Below, piece after piece: positions 27,457-37,244 of a DNA stretch of 64,000 bases (position 1 is the first letter of the stretch; each line of letters starts with the position of its first letter). The stretch is from the NCBI GenBank assembly GCA_963801165.1, contig CAWDDT010000006.1, positions 512,001 to 576,000 of the forward strand, given 5' to 3'. The translations under genes were made by a program, and so were the position numbers. The notes below the pieces were generated by a model. It was not told the DNA's origin. It saw nothing but the letters and a program-made list of their open reading frames with translations, and did no database searches. This DNA comes from an uncultured bacterium (GTDB lineage: Bacteria; Actinomycetota; Acidimicrobiia; Spongiisociales; UBA5794).

Positions 27457-27534
27457 TCGGGGTTCAGACTCGCACTGCCGTCAAACCGTTACCGCGACGT
27501 AAGGTTTCTCAGCGTCTCTGCCGATGCACCCAGC

Positions 27535-28221
27535 ATGCATCGCCTCATCCTCCTGATGATCGGATTCGGCGTCGGGCTGATCGCCTACATTCTCGTGGGC
27601 CCGCCGTCGCTGGGCGCCGATACGCCGGTGACCGTGCTCACCGCCGACCGGGTGGTGCTGCTGCTACCGGTGTCTCCCTCAGTTGATCGGATCATCCACG
27701 ATCTGCGTCTCGAGTTTCACAATGTCGCTGCGGCCGCTACCGACCCGAGAGTCGCCGCGGCTCTCGACCGGGTGGCACGCGACGACGATCTGCTCAGCAG
27801 CGTTGCCACGACTCCAGCCGACATGTTCAAGAGCGGGCAGGCCGCAGCATCTGCGACACCACTGTTTGAGGTCAGCCTGAGCAAAGAGCGGGTGGTTGTG
27901 ACCTCGATCACCGTTGAGCTCATTCCCGGGTACGGCAGCACCGCAGGTCTCAAGGATCACGAGGACGGTCATGCCCTGATCAACGAGCAAGTCGCCGGAC
28001 GGTGCGCTGGGGATGCCTTTCTGTACGGGATCGAGCACGGCGGCCGCGGGCAGGGGCTGGTCAACACCATGGTGTCGCTCCTCAACGCAGCATCGGCTCC
28101 CGTCCAGAACAGATACCACGGCTACGTGGGCAACGCCGCTTACGGGCAGCACATCGCGTACGCCGAGCAAGCGCTCGCCGAGGTTTCGGGATGCGCCTTC
28201 AGCCAGCCAGAGAGTCGATGA
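27535..28221 (+). CDS. Exported hypothetical protein with HExxH motif
   Basis: N-terminal hydrophobic segment; [11 protein letters not shown]. Confidence 0.55.
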   Translation: MHRLILLMIGFGVGLIAYILVGPPSLGADTPVTVLTADRVVLLLPVSPSVDRIIHDLRLEFHNVAAAATDPRVAAALDRVARDDDLLSSVATTPADMFKSGQAAASATPLFEVSLSKERVVVTSITVELIPGYGSTAGLKDHEDGHALINEQVAGRCAGDAFLYGIEHGGRGQGLVNTMVSLLNAASAPVQNRYHGYVGNAAYGQHIAYAEQALAEVSGCAFSQPESR

Positions 28222-29239
28222 CCGAGAGGACCCGGTCAACGTCGGCCGCATCGACGTTGTGATGGGTGCAGAACCTGATGACACCGGGGGTGATCAAACC
28301 GGTTCTCACGCCGGCCTTGTCGAGCTCATCGATGAGCACCCCGGCGCTCACCGGCAAACCTTCCTGGCGCACCACGACCATGTTGCTGGCCACAGCCGCT
28401 GCATCCGTGGCTTCCGGGTACCGCGCCGCGATTCCCTCGGCAAGACGGCGGGCGTTGGCGTGGTCTTCGGCGAGCCGGTCCCTGCTATCGAGAGCAACCT
28501 TGGCGGCAGCCGCCAGCACACCGGCTTGCCGCATCCCTCCCCCGAGCCGGGCCCGGATCCATCTCGCTTCGCCGATGAAGTCGGCTGCTCCGGCGAGGAT
28601 CGACCCGACCGGCGCACCAAGGCCCTTGGAGAAGCAGAACATGACGCTGTCGGCAGGCGCCGCGATTTCGGCGGCCGGTACCCCCGACGCGATCGAGGCG
28701 TTCCACAGACGGGCACCGTCGATGTGGACACGCAAACCGACGGAGTGGGCATAGTCGGACCCGGCCCGCAGCACGTCCTGGGGGATCACGGTGCCCCCGG
28801 AGACATTGTGGGTGTTCTCCCAGGCCAGAAGACCGACCCTGGGCAGGTGGTAGTCCGTGCCTGCTGCCGCCTGCCTGATCGCGTCGACAGACATCTCGCC
28901 GTTGCGGCTGGGTACCGTCCGGAATGAAACCCCAAAGTTGGCGGACGCTCCCCCATGCTCGTAGTTGCGCACGTGCGCCGTCTCCACACAGATGACCTCG
29001 TCACCGGGGTTCGTCTGGCTCCCGATGCCGAGCTGGTTGGCCATTGTCCCCGATGGAGTGAACAGGGCGGCTCTCTTGCCGAGGATGCCCGCCACCTCCT
29101 CCTCGAGAGCGTTGACCGTGGGATCCTCGCGGTAGACGTCGTCACCGACCGCGGCGTTCGCCATAGCGGTCCGCATCGCTGCGGTTGGGTGGGTGACCGT
29201 GTCGGAGCGGAAGTCGGCGATGCCGTTGGCAAACGGCAT
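28199..29239 (-). CDS. ltaE: Low-specificity L-threonine aldolase
   Basis: [40 protein letters not shown]. Confidence 0.93.
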   Translation of the reverse strand: MPFANGIADFRSDTVTHPTAAMRTAMANAAVGDDVYREDPTVNALEEEVAGILGKRAALFTPSGTMANQLGIGSQTNPGDEVICVETAHVRNYEHGGASANFGVSFRTVPSRNGEMSVDAIRQAAAGTDYHLPRVGLLAWENTHNVSGGTVIPQDVLRAGSDYAHSVGLRVHIDGARLWNASIASGVPAAEIAAPADSVMFCFSKGLGAPVGSILAGAADFIGEARWIRARLGGGMRQAGVLAAAAKVALDSRDRLAEDHANARRLAEGIAARYPEATDAAAVASNMVVVRQEGLPVSAGVLIDELDKAGVRTGLITPGVIRFCTHHNVDAADVDRVLSVIDSLAG

Positions 29240-30423
29240 CAGGCCACCGGGCTGAGACGATCGAGCGCCTTGCGGATCCCGCGCACAGCCTGGCTGGTCC
29301 TGTGCTCGTTCTCAACGAGGGCGAAGCGGACGTATCCCTCGCCGCTCGGTCCAAAGCCGATCCCCGGGCTGACCGCCACCTTGGCTTCGCGAAGCAGATG
29401 GAATGTGAAATCCAGCGAGCCCATCTCGGAGTACTCCTCGGGGATGGGAGCCCACACGAACATCGTGCCGAGCGGCTTCTCGATGCTCCAGCCCGCCCGA
29501 TTCAGCCCGTCGACGAGGATGTCGCGTCTCTTCTCGTAGATCGCTCGCACCGCAAGGACATGGTCGTCGCCGTCGTTGAGGGCGACGATCGAGGCGATCT
29601 GGATCGGCTGAAAAGTCCCGTAGTCGAGATACGACTTGAGCTTGGCGAGCGCCGCCACCATGTCGGCGTTGCCCACCACGAAGCCAACCCGCCATCCCGC
29701 CATCGAATGACCCTTGGTCAGCGTGTACAGCTCGACGCCAACCTCTTTCGCCCCCGGTACCTGGAGCATGCTCGGGGCCTCGTAGCCGTCGAATGTGATG
29801 TCGGCGTATGCGAAGTCGTGGACGAGCATCACGTCGTTGGCGCGGGCAAACGCCACCAGCCTCTCCCAGAACTCGAGTCCCACGGTCTTGGTGGTCGGGT
29901 TGTGCGGGAAGGAGGTCAGAATGACCCGGGGCCGTGGCCACGAGTCATGGAACGACTCGTGGAGATGCTCGAAGTAGTCGGTGCGGTGCAGCACCGGGAC
30001 CCTCCGCACCTCAGCCCCCGCCAGCACCGGGGCGTAGATGTGGATGGGGTACGACGGCTCGGGGACGAGCGCCACGTCGCCCGGCTGCACCAGCGTCCAC
30101 ATGAGGTGAGAGAGACCTTCCTTGGCGCCGATGGTGTTGATAGCCTCGGTCTCCGGATCGAGCTCGACACCGAACCGTCTGGCATACCGCTCGGTGATCG
30201 CCTTACGCAGATTCGGGATCCCGCGCGACGCCGAGTACCGGTGGTTGCGCTCGTTCCGGGCCGCCTCGGCGAGCTTTTCGACCACGAATCCCGGTGAAGG
30301 GATGTCCGGATTCCCGAAACCGAGATCCACGATGTCCTCACCGGCGCGCCTGGCCTCGAGCTTGAGCTGGTTGACCTGGGCAAAGACATACGGGGGGAGG
30401 TTGTTGATTCTGCGAAAGTCCAT
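29239..30423 (-). CDS. alaC: Class I/II PLP aminotransferase (AlaC-like)
   Basis: [37 protein letters not shown]. Confidence 0.8.
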   Translation of the reverse strand: MDFRRINNLPPYVFAQVNQLKLEARRAGEDIVDLGFGNPDIPSPGFVVEKLAEAARNERNHRYSASRGIPNLRKAITERYARRFGVELDPETEAINTIGAKEGLSHLMWTLVQPGDVALVPEPSYPIHIYAPVLAGAEVRRVPVLHRTDYFEHLHESFHDSWPRPRVILTSFPHNPTTKTVGLEFWERLVAFARANDVMLVHDFAYADITFDGYEAPSMLQVPGAKEVGVELYTLTKGHSMAGWRVGFVVGNADMVAALAKLKSYLDYGTFQPIQIASIVALNDGDDHVLAVRAIYEKRRDILVDGLNRAGWSIEKPLGTMFVWAPIPEEYSEMGSLDFTFHLLREAKVAVSPGIGFGPSGEGYVRFALVENEHRTSQAVRGIRKALDRLSPVA

Positions 30424-30478
30424 GTTTGTGGAGAGTAGCGGCGGTATTCGGATTGTTGCTCAACAGAACCCGGCGGGC

Positions 30479-30937
30479 TCAGTCGGCGTGGTAGGCCACC
30501 AGACGGCGTAGCCGGTCCGGCAGCACCTCCACACCCCAGGCGGCGATCCCCCTGACCAGCTCCAAGCCGTCCTCCGAACCGTCCCAGTGCTCGGCGATGA
30601 CCTCCTGGGAACACGACTCGAGCAGATAGTCGATGGCGAATGCCAGCACGAGCAGGTCGTCGATGCCACCTACGACCGGCACAAAATCGGGGATGAGATC
30701 TATCGGTGAGGCGATGTACAGACCGACGGCGCCCATCGCCAACCGGCGCCGCAGCGGCACCCGACGGTCCCGGAGCAGCCGGAGCAGCAGCTTGACGAGG
30801 TTGGGAACGAGCAGCAAAGCCTCCTTGAGCAGCTCCTGGCGGGTGCGGGCGGGAATCGGCTCGGTGGTGTCCAGGGGATGCTCGACGACGGCAAGTGCGG
30901 TCTCAGACTCTCGATCCTTCTTGGGACGATCCGGCAT
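30479..30937 (-). CDS. YkvA/DUF1232 family protein
   Basis: YIASPIDLIPDFVPVVGGIDD. Confidence 0.9.
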   Translation of the reverse strand: MPDRPKKDRESETALAVVEHPLDTTEPIPARTRQELLKEALLLVPNLVKLLLRLLRDRRVPLRRRLAMGAVGLYIASPIDLIPDFVPVVGGIDDLLVLAFAIDYLLESCSQEVIAEHWDGSEDGLELVRGIAAWGVEVLPDRLRRLVAYHAD

Positions 30938-30961
30938 GAGGGCGTGCCTCCTTTACCTCGC

Positions 30962-31882
30962 TCAGTTGAGACTACGTGCAGCCAGCAGGGCGGCCCCGAT
31001 CGCATTGGCCTCGGGGCCGAGTTCGGCGACCACTATGGGGGGCACCGGACGGTACGCGCCGCCATGAAGCGCATCGGCGGCCACCCGTCGCGCCGGGCCG
31101 AGCAGCGACTCGCCCACAGAACCAAGACCGCCACCCACCACGATGAGCTCAGGGTCGAACACGGCGATGAGGCTGCACAGACCATGACCAAGCGCTGCTC
31201 CCACCTGGCTCACCAACCCGCGGGCGGTCTCGTCGCCGGCATCGGCGGCCGCCGTCAGCGTTTCGGCGCTGAAGTCTTCCTTCTCGAGAATCCTCGCCAG
31301 CTGTCCCCCGGGATTGAGAGCATGGAACTCGCGGCCCAGACGAGCCAGCGCGGGACCGGAAGCCACGGTCTCCCAGCACCCCCGCTTGCCGCAGTCGCAC
31401 TGCAACCCGTTTGCCTGGTAGATCATGTGACCCCACTCACCGGCAAACGACCAGCCGCGGTAGACCTCGCCGTTGGCAATGACCGCCCCACCGATACCGG
31501 TGCCGAGAGTCACGAGCAGGGCATGGCTGCGACCCACGGCCGCCCCCGAGTGCAGCTCCGCCAGCGCTGCGGTGTTGGCGTCGTTGTCGACGGCGGCGGG
31601 GACTCCGAATTCCTTCTCCAGCAGCTCCCGGACCGAGATGTTGGCGCCCGACACGTGCGGGCCCCACACAAACACGCCCTCCGGATACCGGACGAGACCG
31701 GCGATCCCCGCTCCGACGGCGGCAACATCGTCCGTCCACATCTCTCTGATAGCGGCTATGGCCGACGCCATGAAGTCCTCGTCGGGGGTAGCGAACAGCT
31801 CGCGGTCAACGACTTCACCATCCTCGACCCGGACGGCCTGCAGCTTGGTGCCACCGAGATCTATCCCAACAGTTGCGACCAC
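30962..31882 (-). CDS. ROK-family sugar kinase (glucokinase-like)
   Basis: GIDLGGTK, DNDAN, LGTGIGG, GEWGH, CDCGKRGCWE. Confidence 0.92.
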   Translation of the reverse strand: MVATVGIDLGGTKLQAVRVEDGEVVDRELFATPDEDFMASAIAAIREMWTDDVAAVGAGIAGLVRYPEGVFVWGPHVSGANISVRELLEKEFGVPAAVDNDANTAALAELHSGAAVGRSHALLVTLGTGIGGAVIANGEVYRGWSFAGEWGHMIYQANGLQCDCGKRGCWETVASGPALARLGREFHALNPGGQLARILEKEDFSAETLTAAADAGDETARGLVSQVGAALGHGLCSLIAVFDPELIVVGGGLGSVGESLLGPARRVAADALHGGAYRPVPPIVVAELGPEANAIGAALLAARSLN

Positions 31883-31892
31883 GGTGCTCCTC

Positions 31893-32090
31893 TCAATCCA
31901 ACTCTATGCGGATGGGACGGTCGTCTTCGGAACCCGGGTCCTCCTCATCGGGTCTCTTGCGAGCCTCGACAACCTCGGTGAGCAGCGCGCCCACCCCGGC
32001 CACAACCTCGTATCCGGCGCGCAACCAGTGGAGCCCGGCGCGCCTCAGCCCCATGCGCAGTGCATCCCTGTATTCGCGGTCCTGTTCCAT
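31893..32090 (-). CDS. Small hypothetical protein
   Basis: 65 aa ending in RIELD, GAGG RBS, between arsA and ROK genes. Confidence 0.6.
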   Translation of the reverse strand: MEQDREYRDALRMGLRRAGLHWLRAGYEVVAGVGALLTEVVEARKRPDEEDPGSEDDRPIRIELD

Positions 32091-32203
32091 GGTTAGCCTC
32101 GTTTCGGTTCCAACAGGCTAGTTGCCCTCCAACCCAGCAGCAGTTTCCGCAGGAAACTGCAAACGGACCGGCGAAGCCGATCCGCGTCATCCTTCCAGAC
32201 TGA

Positions 32204-33373
32204 TCATCCTTCCAGACTAAAGGTGATCCGCAGTTCCCCTTCGAGCAACTGCGCTCGCCGCACGTGACGTCGTGCCAGTGAGTCCGGCAGGATGATGGCC
32301 CTCCGGTAGGGGCCAACGGTCACGACCATCTCACTTCCGTGTCTCACCACGTCGACATCGCCTTTCTCTGCGAGCGGGACGCCGATGATCAGAACCACGT
32401 CCTCTCCCACGTCCTCGACCCGGAACGGCCGGCCTTCGGACAGCCGACCCGCCGGGTCGTCGTCCCCGAAAAGGGTCTCTCCGACAACCCGCAGCCGATC
32501 CATGCCCACCATCTCTTCGTCGAAAAGCGGAACGTGGCGGATGTCGATCCCGGCGAATCCTTCGGCAACGGTGGCCAGGTGTTCCTTCTGGATCTCACGC
32601 CATTTGGCGAAGTAGCTGTCGGTGACGCTCTCGGGAAGGACGCGGTTGACGATCGCGGAATCCACCGCATAGCCGAAGAGCCCCAGGTAGGTATAGGTGC
32701 GCCGGGCCTCGGCGATCACCATCTTCTCGGGGTTCATCACCAACCGGGCACTGGTCACCTCGGGATCGGCGAGGATCTCGCGAATGCCGTCGAGCCGATC
32801 GTAGAAACGCGCCACCGCCTCGAACACCTTGTCGTCGGCGACCGGCATCGAAGTCACCTTCGTCATGATCGGTCGCACGACTTTGGCGACGCGGCGACCG
32901 ATCGGGAACATCTTCTCCATATACCACGACAGCACCTCGGGGAGGCTCAGAAGTCGCAGCGTCTCGGCGGTGGGGGCGCAGTCGACCACGACGACGTCGT
33001 ACTCGCCGGAACGGGCGTGATCCCGCACGGTGGCGAGCGAGAAAATCTCATCCATACCGGGGAACACTGTGAGCTCCTCGGCCTCGATACCCTTGAGCCC
33101 CGACCAGTCGAACAGCTCGGTCAGGGCATCGCGAACCTCCCCCCAGGAGTCCTCGAGCCGTTGCTGTGCGTTTATCTGTTGTGCTGCGAGCGACGGGGCA
33201 AGAATCGTCGGCTGATCGCCGAGCTCCACCTGGAACGCATCGGCGAGGGAGTGAGCCGGATCCGTTGACATGACTAGCGTGCGATAGCCGAGATCGGAAG
33301 CGCGGACGGCAGTAGCGGCCGAGATGGTCGTCTTCCCAACGCCGCCCTTGCCGGTTACGAGGAGGACGCGCAT
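32204..33373 (-). CDS. ArsA/Get3-family ATPase with HSP20-like C-terminus
   Basis: TGKGGVGKTT, STDPAHSL, DCAPTAET. Confidence 0.92.
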   Translation of the reverse strand: MRVLLVTGKGGVGKTTISAATAVRASDLGYRTLVMSTDPAHSLADAFQVELGDQPTILAPSLAAQQINAQQRLEDSWGEVRDALTELFDWSGLKGIEAEELTVFPGMDEIFSLATVRDHARSGEYDVVVVDCAPTAETLRLLSLPEVLSWYMEKMFPIGRRVAKVVRPIMTKVTSMPVADDKVFEAVARFYDRLDGIREILADPEVTSARLVMNPEKMVIAEARRTYTYLGLFGYAVDSAIVNRVLPESVTDSYFAKWREIQKEHLATVAEGFAGIDIRHVPLFDEEMVGMDRLRVVGETLFGDDDPAGRLSEGRPFRVEDVGEDVVLIIGVPLAEKGDVDVVRHGSEMVVTVGPYRRAIILPDSLARRHVRRAQLLEGELRITFSLEG

Positions 33374-33383
33374 GGGTGCGTCA

Positions 33384-33824
33384 TCAGAGCGACTCGGCGC
33401 GTTTCTTCAAACCACGGAGGGCATTGCTGACGATCTGCTTCTCGGCCTGACGGCGCAGAAAACCGGGCACCGTGAACGCCGGGTCGACCTTGAGCGCATA
33501 GAGGACCTCCGTACCGCCTTCCTCGAGCTCGGCGAAGCGGTAGCTCCCCTCCATCGCCTTGATGTCCTTACCCGGCTCCGCCGACCATGAGAACCCGTCG
33601 TCGAGGTCATAGCGATACACCAGCGTGTACGAGATTTCCTTGATCATGGCATCGGCAACGAACGAGACACGGGTGGGCCTTCCTTGCTCGTCCTCCGCCT
33701 CGATCTCGACTTCCTTGACCCCCGTTGCCCATTCCGGGTAGGCCTCGAGATCTAGGGCTACCTCGTAGATCGTCTGGACATCGGCCGAGACCTCGATGCT
33801 CTGGACCGTGCCTTCCATTGCCAT
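33384..33824 (-). CDS. SRPBCC (polyketide cyclase-like) protein
   Basis: DLEAYPEW, GSYRF, GLKKRAES; typical neighbour of this ArsA type. Confidence 0.88.
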   Translation of the reverse strand: MAMEGTVQSIEVSADVQTIYEVALDLEAYPEWATGVKEVEIEAEDEQGRPTRVSFVADAMIKEISYTLVYRYDLDDGFSWSAEPGKDIKAMEGSYRFAELEEGGTEVLYALKVDPAFTVPGFLRRQAEKQIVSNALRGLKKRAESL

Positions 33825-33841
33825 ACGTCAATCCTTCCGCT

Positions 33842-33887
33842 GCTCGCAATTGCAAGCGTAGTCGCCATAACGCTTACTATTGCAAGC
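33842..33887. promoter_or_regulatory. Two palindromic operator-like sites
   Basis: GCTCGCAATTGCAAGC (33842-57) and GCTTACTATTGCAAGC (33872-87), 30 bp apart. Confidence 0.6.
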
Positions 33888-33895
33888 ATAATTGG

Positions 33896-34624
33896 TTACC
33901 TGGTTGCCCGAATCCAGTCAAAGGTCAACACGTAGTCGACCACTTCGTCCGGATCCGGATAAGTCTCGTCGAACGCTATCAGCCCGGAACGCAGCTCTTC
34001 GTCGGTAATCAGCTGCAGGGTGCTCACGAATCCGGCCTCGGCGGCGGCTCGCCATACCCGCGCCGGCATCTCCCGGTGCTCGACTTCACGACCCGTCTTG
34101 ACGAGCGCACCCCGACTGGCCAGATACCTCGCAATTTGCTCCGGTGGCGGGAACCGGTCGGTATCGATTGCGCCGACCGACGGGAACCACTTCGTCAGAA
34201 AGGACGATCGGTGATGCTCAGCGCCCATGGTCCATATCCAGCACTTCCCAGCGGGACGGAGCACCCGGAGGGCCTCATCGAGCGATCGTCGCCAGTCGCC
34301 GTAATGGATGGACAGATGAAAGTAGACGAGGCTCATTAGGGACGACGCAAACGGCAGCTGCTGTGCGACCGCCCTCACGGGGAGAACACCGCGTCGGCCG
34401 GCGGCAACGGTGGCCATCCCTCGGGCTGGATCAGCGACGAGGGCGAGCGCACCGAGATCTGCCCACACCGCGGCATGCGCACCACGCCCACCTCCGATAT
34501 CGACAGCGATGTCACCCGCACCCAGGCTGACAGAGCGCGCCGCACGGCGTGCCCGGGCCAGACCCTGGGGAGACGCCGGACGATGGGCGTACCCTGCCGC
34601 GAGCCCCTCGAGATCAACCGGCAT
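33896..34624 (-). CDS. Class I SAM-dependent methyltransferase
   Basis: VDIGGGRG, LPF, EALRVLRPAG. Confidence 0.82.
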   Translation of the reverse strand: MPVDLEGLAAGYAHRPASPQGLARARRAARSVSLGAGDIAVDIGGGRGAHAAVWADLGALALVADPARGMATVAAGRRGVLPVRAVAQQLPFASSLMSLVYFHLSIHYGDWRRSLDEALRVLRPAGKCWIWTMGAEHHRSSFLTKWFPSVGAIDTDRFPPPEQIARYLASRGALVKTGREVEHREMPARVWRAAAEAGFVSTLQLITDEELRSGLIAFDETYPDPDEVVDYVLTFDWIRATR

Positions 34625-35375
34625 CGTGTACATAGGGCCGGCCGGTCGCCCGGAAGTATCCGACGTTGATACAACGCGTCCTTCCGATGGTCCACGACAC
34701 CGCTTGTGGTTGATGGATGTCGCCGAAGTAGTGAATCCGGGGTTGGTGATCCTCGATGTAGCTGAGTACCGCAGGTGAGCCTTTGACCTTTCCACCGATC
34801 ACATCTGTGGCCAGCGGAGCAATCGCCGGAGCTACGTGGGTGCAAAGGATGTCAACCGGTCCCACGGCTGCCAGCCGGCCGGTCATCACATCGTCTGCAA
34901 TCTCGCCCGGCGAGTTGATCGAGAGGACACCACCTCCGACCATGCCGAAGGTCTCTCCCTCCAGCTCGAACCGCTCTGCCTCGACAAAACGCACCCGCCG
35001 GGGCAGGTGGCGCCGCATCACCTCGGGATTGTCGACGTTTCCGTAGGTGACGTAGGCATCTGCGTCGGCGAGCGGAAGGCAGATCTCCTCATAGGCGGCG
35101 GCGATGGCGATCGAATAGCGATGCCGGTACTCCTCTTCTCTGCCTCTGGTGTACTCCCGCCACAGCTCCCCGGCCGCGGTGAAATCCCCCGCAGTCCGCA
35201 GCCGGACCATCGCGGCGACGAATTCCCCACCTGCCACGTCACCGACGATTCCCTCGTTGTTCCGATAGTCGATGAAGTTGATCAGGTCACCGAGGATGAG
35301 CAGCGGACCCGGTTCGGCTGCGACTCGACGCAGAGCTGCAACCGCACCATGAACGTCAGAGATGACGCGGATCAA
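34614..35375 (-). CDS. Metallophosphoesterase
   Basis: SDVHG, LGDL, YGNVD, THVAP, GDIH; TTG start inferred. Confidence 0.85.
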   Translation of the reverse strand: MIRVISDVHGAVAALRRVAAEPGPLLILGDLINFIDYRNNEGIVGDVAGGEFVAAMVRLRTAGDFTAAGELWREYTRGREEEYRHRYSIAIAAAYEEICLPLADADAYVTYGNVDNPEVMRRHLPRRVRFVEAERFELEGETFGMVGGGVLSINSPGEIADDVMTGRLAAVGPVDILCTHVAPAIAPLATDVIGGKVKGSPAVLSYIEDHQPRIHYFGDIHQPQAVSWTIGRTRCINVGYFRATGRPYVHDAG

Positions 35376-35668
35376 GCCGAACCACCGTCCGCTTCTTCCT
35401 CGACGCCGAGATAGCGCCCGAGGAGCACCATCGCCACCGCACCTGCCACTGCCCCGGCAATGCCGAGCACCGTGCTGCCCCCGGCGTACGAAGCCGACAT
35501 TCCTCCGAGCCCGAAGCCGGAAACGGCAGCGACCACACTCCGACCGGCGAGACCGAACCGGACCTCCGGATCGAGGCTCTCCTTGCCGGCAACTGCCGTG
35601 GCCACCATGCCGAGAATCACCCAAGCGATTATCCCGAGAACGCCGAGAATTGTGGCTACTGCGTACAC
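35372..35668 (-). CDS. Small membrane protein
   Basis: Three Gly-rich hydrophobic segments; start inferred. Confidence 0.5.
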   Translation of the reverse strand: MYAVATILGVLGIIAWVILGMVATAVAGKESLDPEVRFGLAGRSVVAAVSGFGLGGMSASYAGGSTVLGIAGAVAGAVAMVLLGRYLGVEEEADGGSA

Positions 35669-35708
35669 CCCTACCAACCTGGGTCTTCCTCTCTGTGCCG
35701 GCTCATTC

Positions 35709-36845
35709 TCATCGGTCGTCGCCCTGCTCGTGTGAAGGGTAGACCTCGACAAGAGCCCGATCGATCTCGTCCAGAACATCAGGTTCCGGTTCGTCTTCCC
35801 GACGGCCCGAGAGCTGACGCCCGGCAATGTCGCCGCCGATCCTCCCCAGCGCCCACGCCGCATGGGAGCGAAGCACCGGGTCGGCACCGCCGAGCAACAC
35901 CGCCAGAGTCGCAATTGCCTCGCTCTTGTCGGGACCGTCCACCTGCCCGTGCCAGCTGTTGCCTAGAGCGAGGATGGCGTTGCGACGCAGGATGCGTGGG
36001 CGTCTCCCCGGCATATAGAAATGGTCATAGCGGGCCAGCAGGGTCTCGTCGTCTGCCGCAAGCAGCCCGAGGAGATCGACACGTCCCCTAATGGGCAGAT
36101 CGATGGTGAGCTGCTTGTGACCGGGAGGACAGGCATCCAGGCAATCGTCGCAACCGTAGACGCGATCGCCGAGTGGCACTCGCAGCTCTTCGGGAAACGA
36201 CCCGGCGGTCTGTAGCCAATGAGCGAGACAGCGCGACGCATCGAGAACACCGGGGGCCACAATGGCACCTGTCGGGCAGGCAGGAATACAGGCAACGCAC
36301 GAACCGCAGTCCCTACGCATCGGCGAATCCGCATCGAGGTCGGCGTCGGTGACAACCGACCCGAGTAAGAGCCACGGACCGTGTCTGGGGTCGAGCGCCA
36401 TTGTGCTCTTCCCCCACCAGACGATCCCTGCTCGTACCGCGGCCGCTCTATCGACGAGCCGGTCGTCGTCGATCAGCACCTCGCCACGATGACCCGACCC
36501 GGCGAGCGCCGCCCGCACCTCGCCCGCTGCCCTGCGGAGGCCCGTGTAGTGGTCGGCGGTAGCGAACCGGGCAACACGACCGGTCCCGGGCTCGTCACTC
36601 CCGGGGGAGCCACCAGCTGGCAGGTAGGCCCAGGAGACGGCGACGATGCTGCGCGCCCACGAAAAGGAGCGCCGCACATCCGACGCCCGCTCCGGATCCT
36701 TGTAGGTGAACCGGCGCCGACCCGAGAGACCCTCCCGGTCGCGCTCGGATAGCGTATCGGCGACCCCGACAAAGCCGTCGGCAGTCGTTACCCCGAAGCC
36801 GGCACAGCCGGCGTCCATCGCTATCCGCCGCAATTCCTCTTTCAT
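35709..36845 (-). CDS. queG: Epoxyqueuosine reductase
   Basis: CGSCVACIPACPTGA, RVYGCDDCLDACP, RRNAILALGN, HEAT-like end. Confidence 0.92.
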   Translation of the reverse strand: MKEELRRIAMDAGCAGFGVTTADGFVGVADTLSERDREGLSGRRRFTYKDPERASDVRRSFSWARSIVAVSWAYLPAGGSPGSDEPGTGRVARFATADHYTGLRRAAGEVRAALAGSGHRGEVLIDDDRLVDRAAAVRAGIVWWGKSTMALDPRHGPWLLLGSVVTDADLDADSPMRRDCGSCVACIPACPTGAIVAPGVLDASRCLAHWLQTAGSFPEELRVPLGDRVYGCDDCLDACPPGHKQLTIDLPIRGRVDLLGLLAADDETLLARYDHFYMPGRRPRILRRNAILALGNSWHGQVDGPDKSEAIATLAVLLGGADPVLRSHAAWALGRIGGDIAGRQLSGRREDEPEPDVLDEIDRALVEVYPSHEQGDDR

Positions 36846-36890
36846 CCGTATCCGAGTTTCATCCGTATCCGAGTTTCATCCGTACCCGAG
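36840..36890. repeat. 17-bp tandem repeat x3 covering the queG start
   Basis: TTTCATCCGTA(T/C)CCGAG at 36840, 36857 and 36874. Confidence 0.9.
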
Positions 36891-36937
36891 CCTATCCGCG
36901 CCCAACGAATACCCTTGCGGCCCACCTACTCCCCTGG

Positions 36938-37135
36938 CTAGCCGGTCCCCCTCTTGTCGATGGGCACCAAACGCAGCGGGGTGACGAGACCGGCGTCGGC
37001 CAGGTTGTCCAGGGCGGTCGCTTCGTCGTCACCGAGATCAAAGGGACCGGACATCTGATTGAGCAGCACTGGAACAATGCACTCGTCACACGCCGTGGTC
37101 GCCCGTAGCTCGCATGTGTTGCAATCGATGATCAT
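36938..37135 (-). CDS. Small Cys-rich actinobacterial protein
   Basis: MIIDCNTC...ACDECIV...LADAGLVTPLRL; GGAGG RBS. Confidence 0.75.
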   Translation of the reverse strand: MIIDCNTCELRATTACDECIVPVLLNQMSGPFDLGDDEATALDNLADAGLVTPLRLVPIDKRGTG

Positions 37136-37166
37136 TTGCCAACGCCTCCTCTTGGGAACTCCCGCC

Positions 37167-37188
37167 AACATATCCACAGGCTGTGACA
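37167..37188 (-). promoter_or_regulatory. PafBC-type RecA-NDp-like promoter
   Basis: Minus strand TGTCAC-N10-TATGTT. Confidence 0.55.
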
Positions 37189-37244
37189 GAAAACGGAGCG
37201 GCGCCCGTGGTACCTTCTGCCGCACCCCGAGCGAGAGGGACGGA

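Noticed and set aside
36840-36890. Possible CRISPR array
   Set aside because: Pure 17-bp tandem repeat without spacers.
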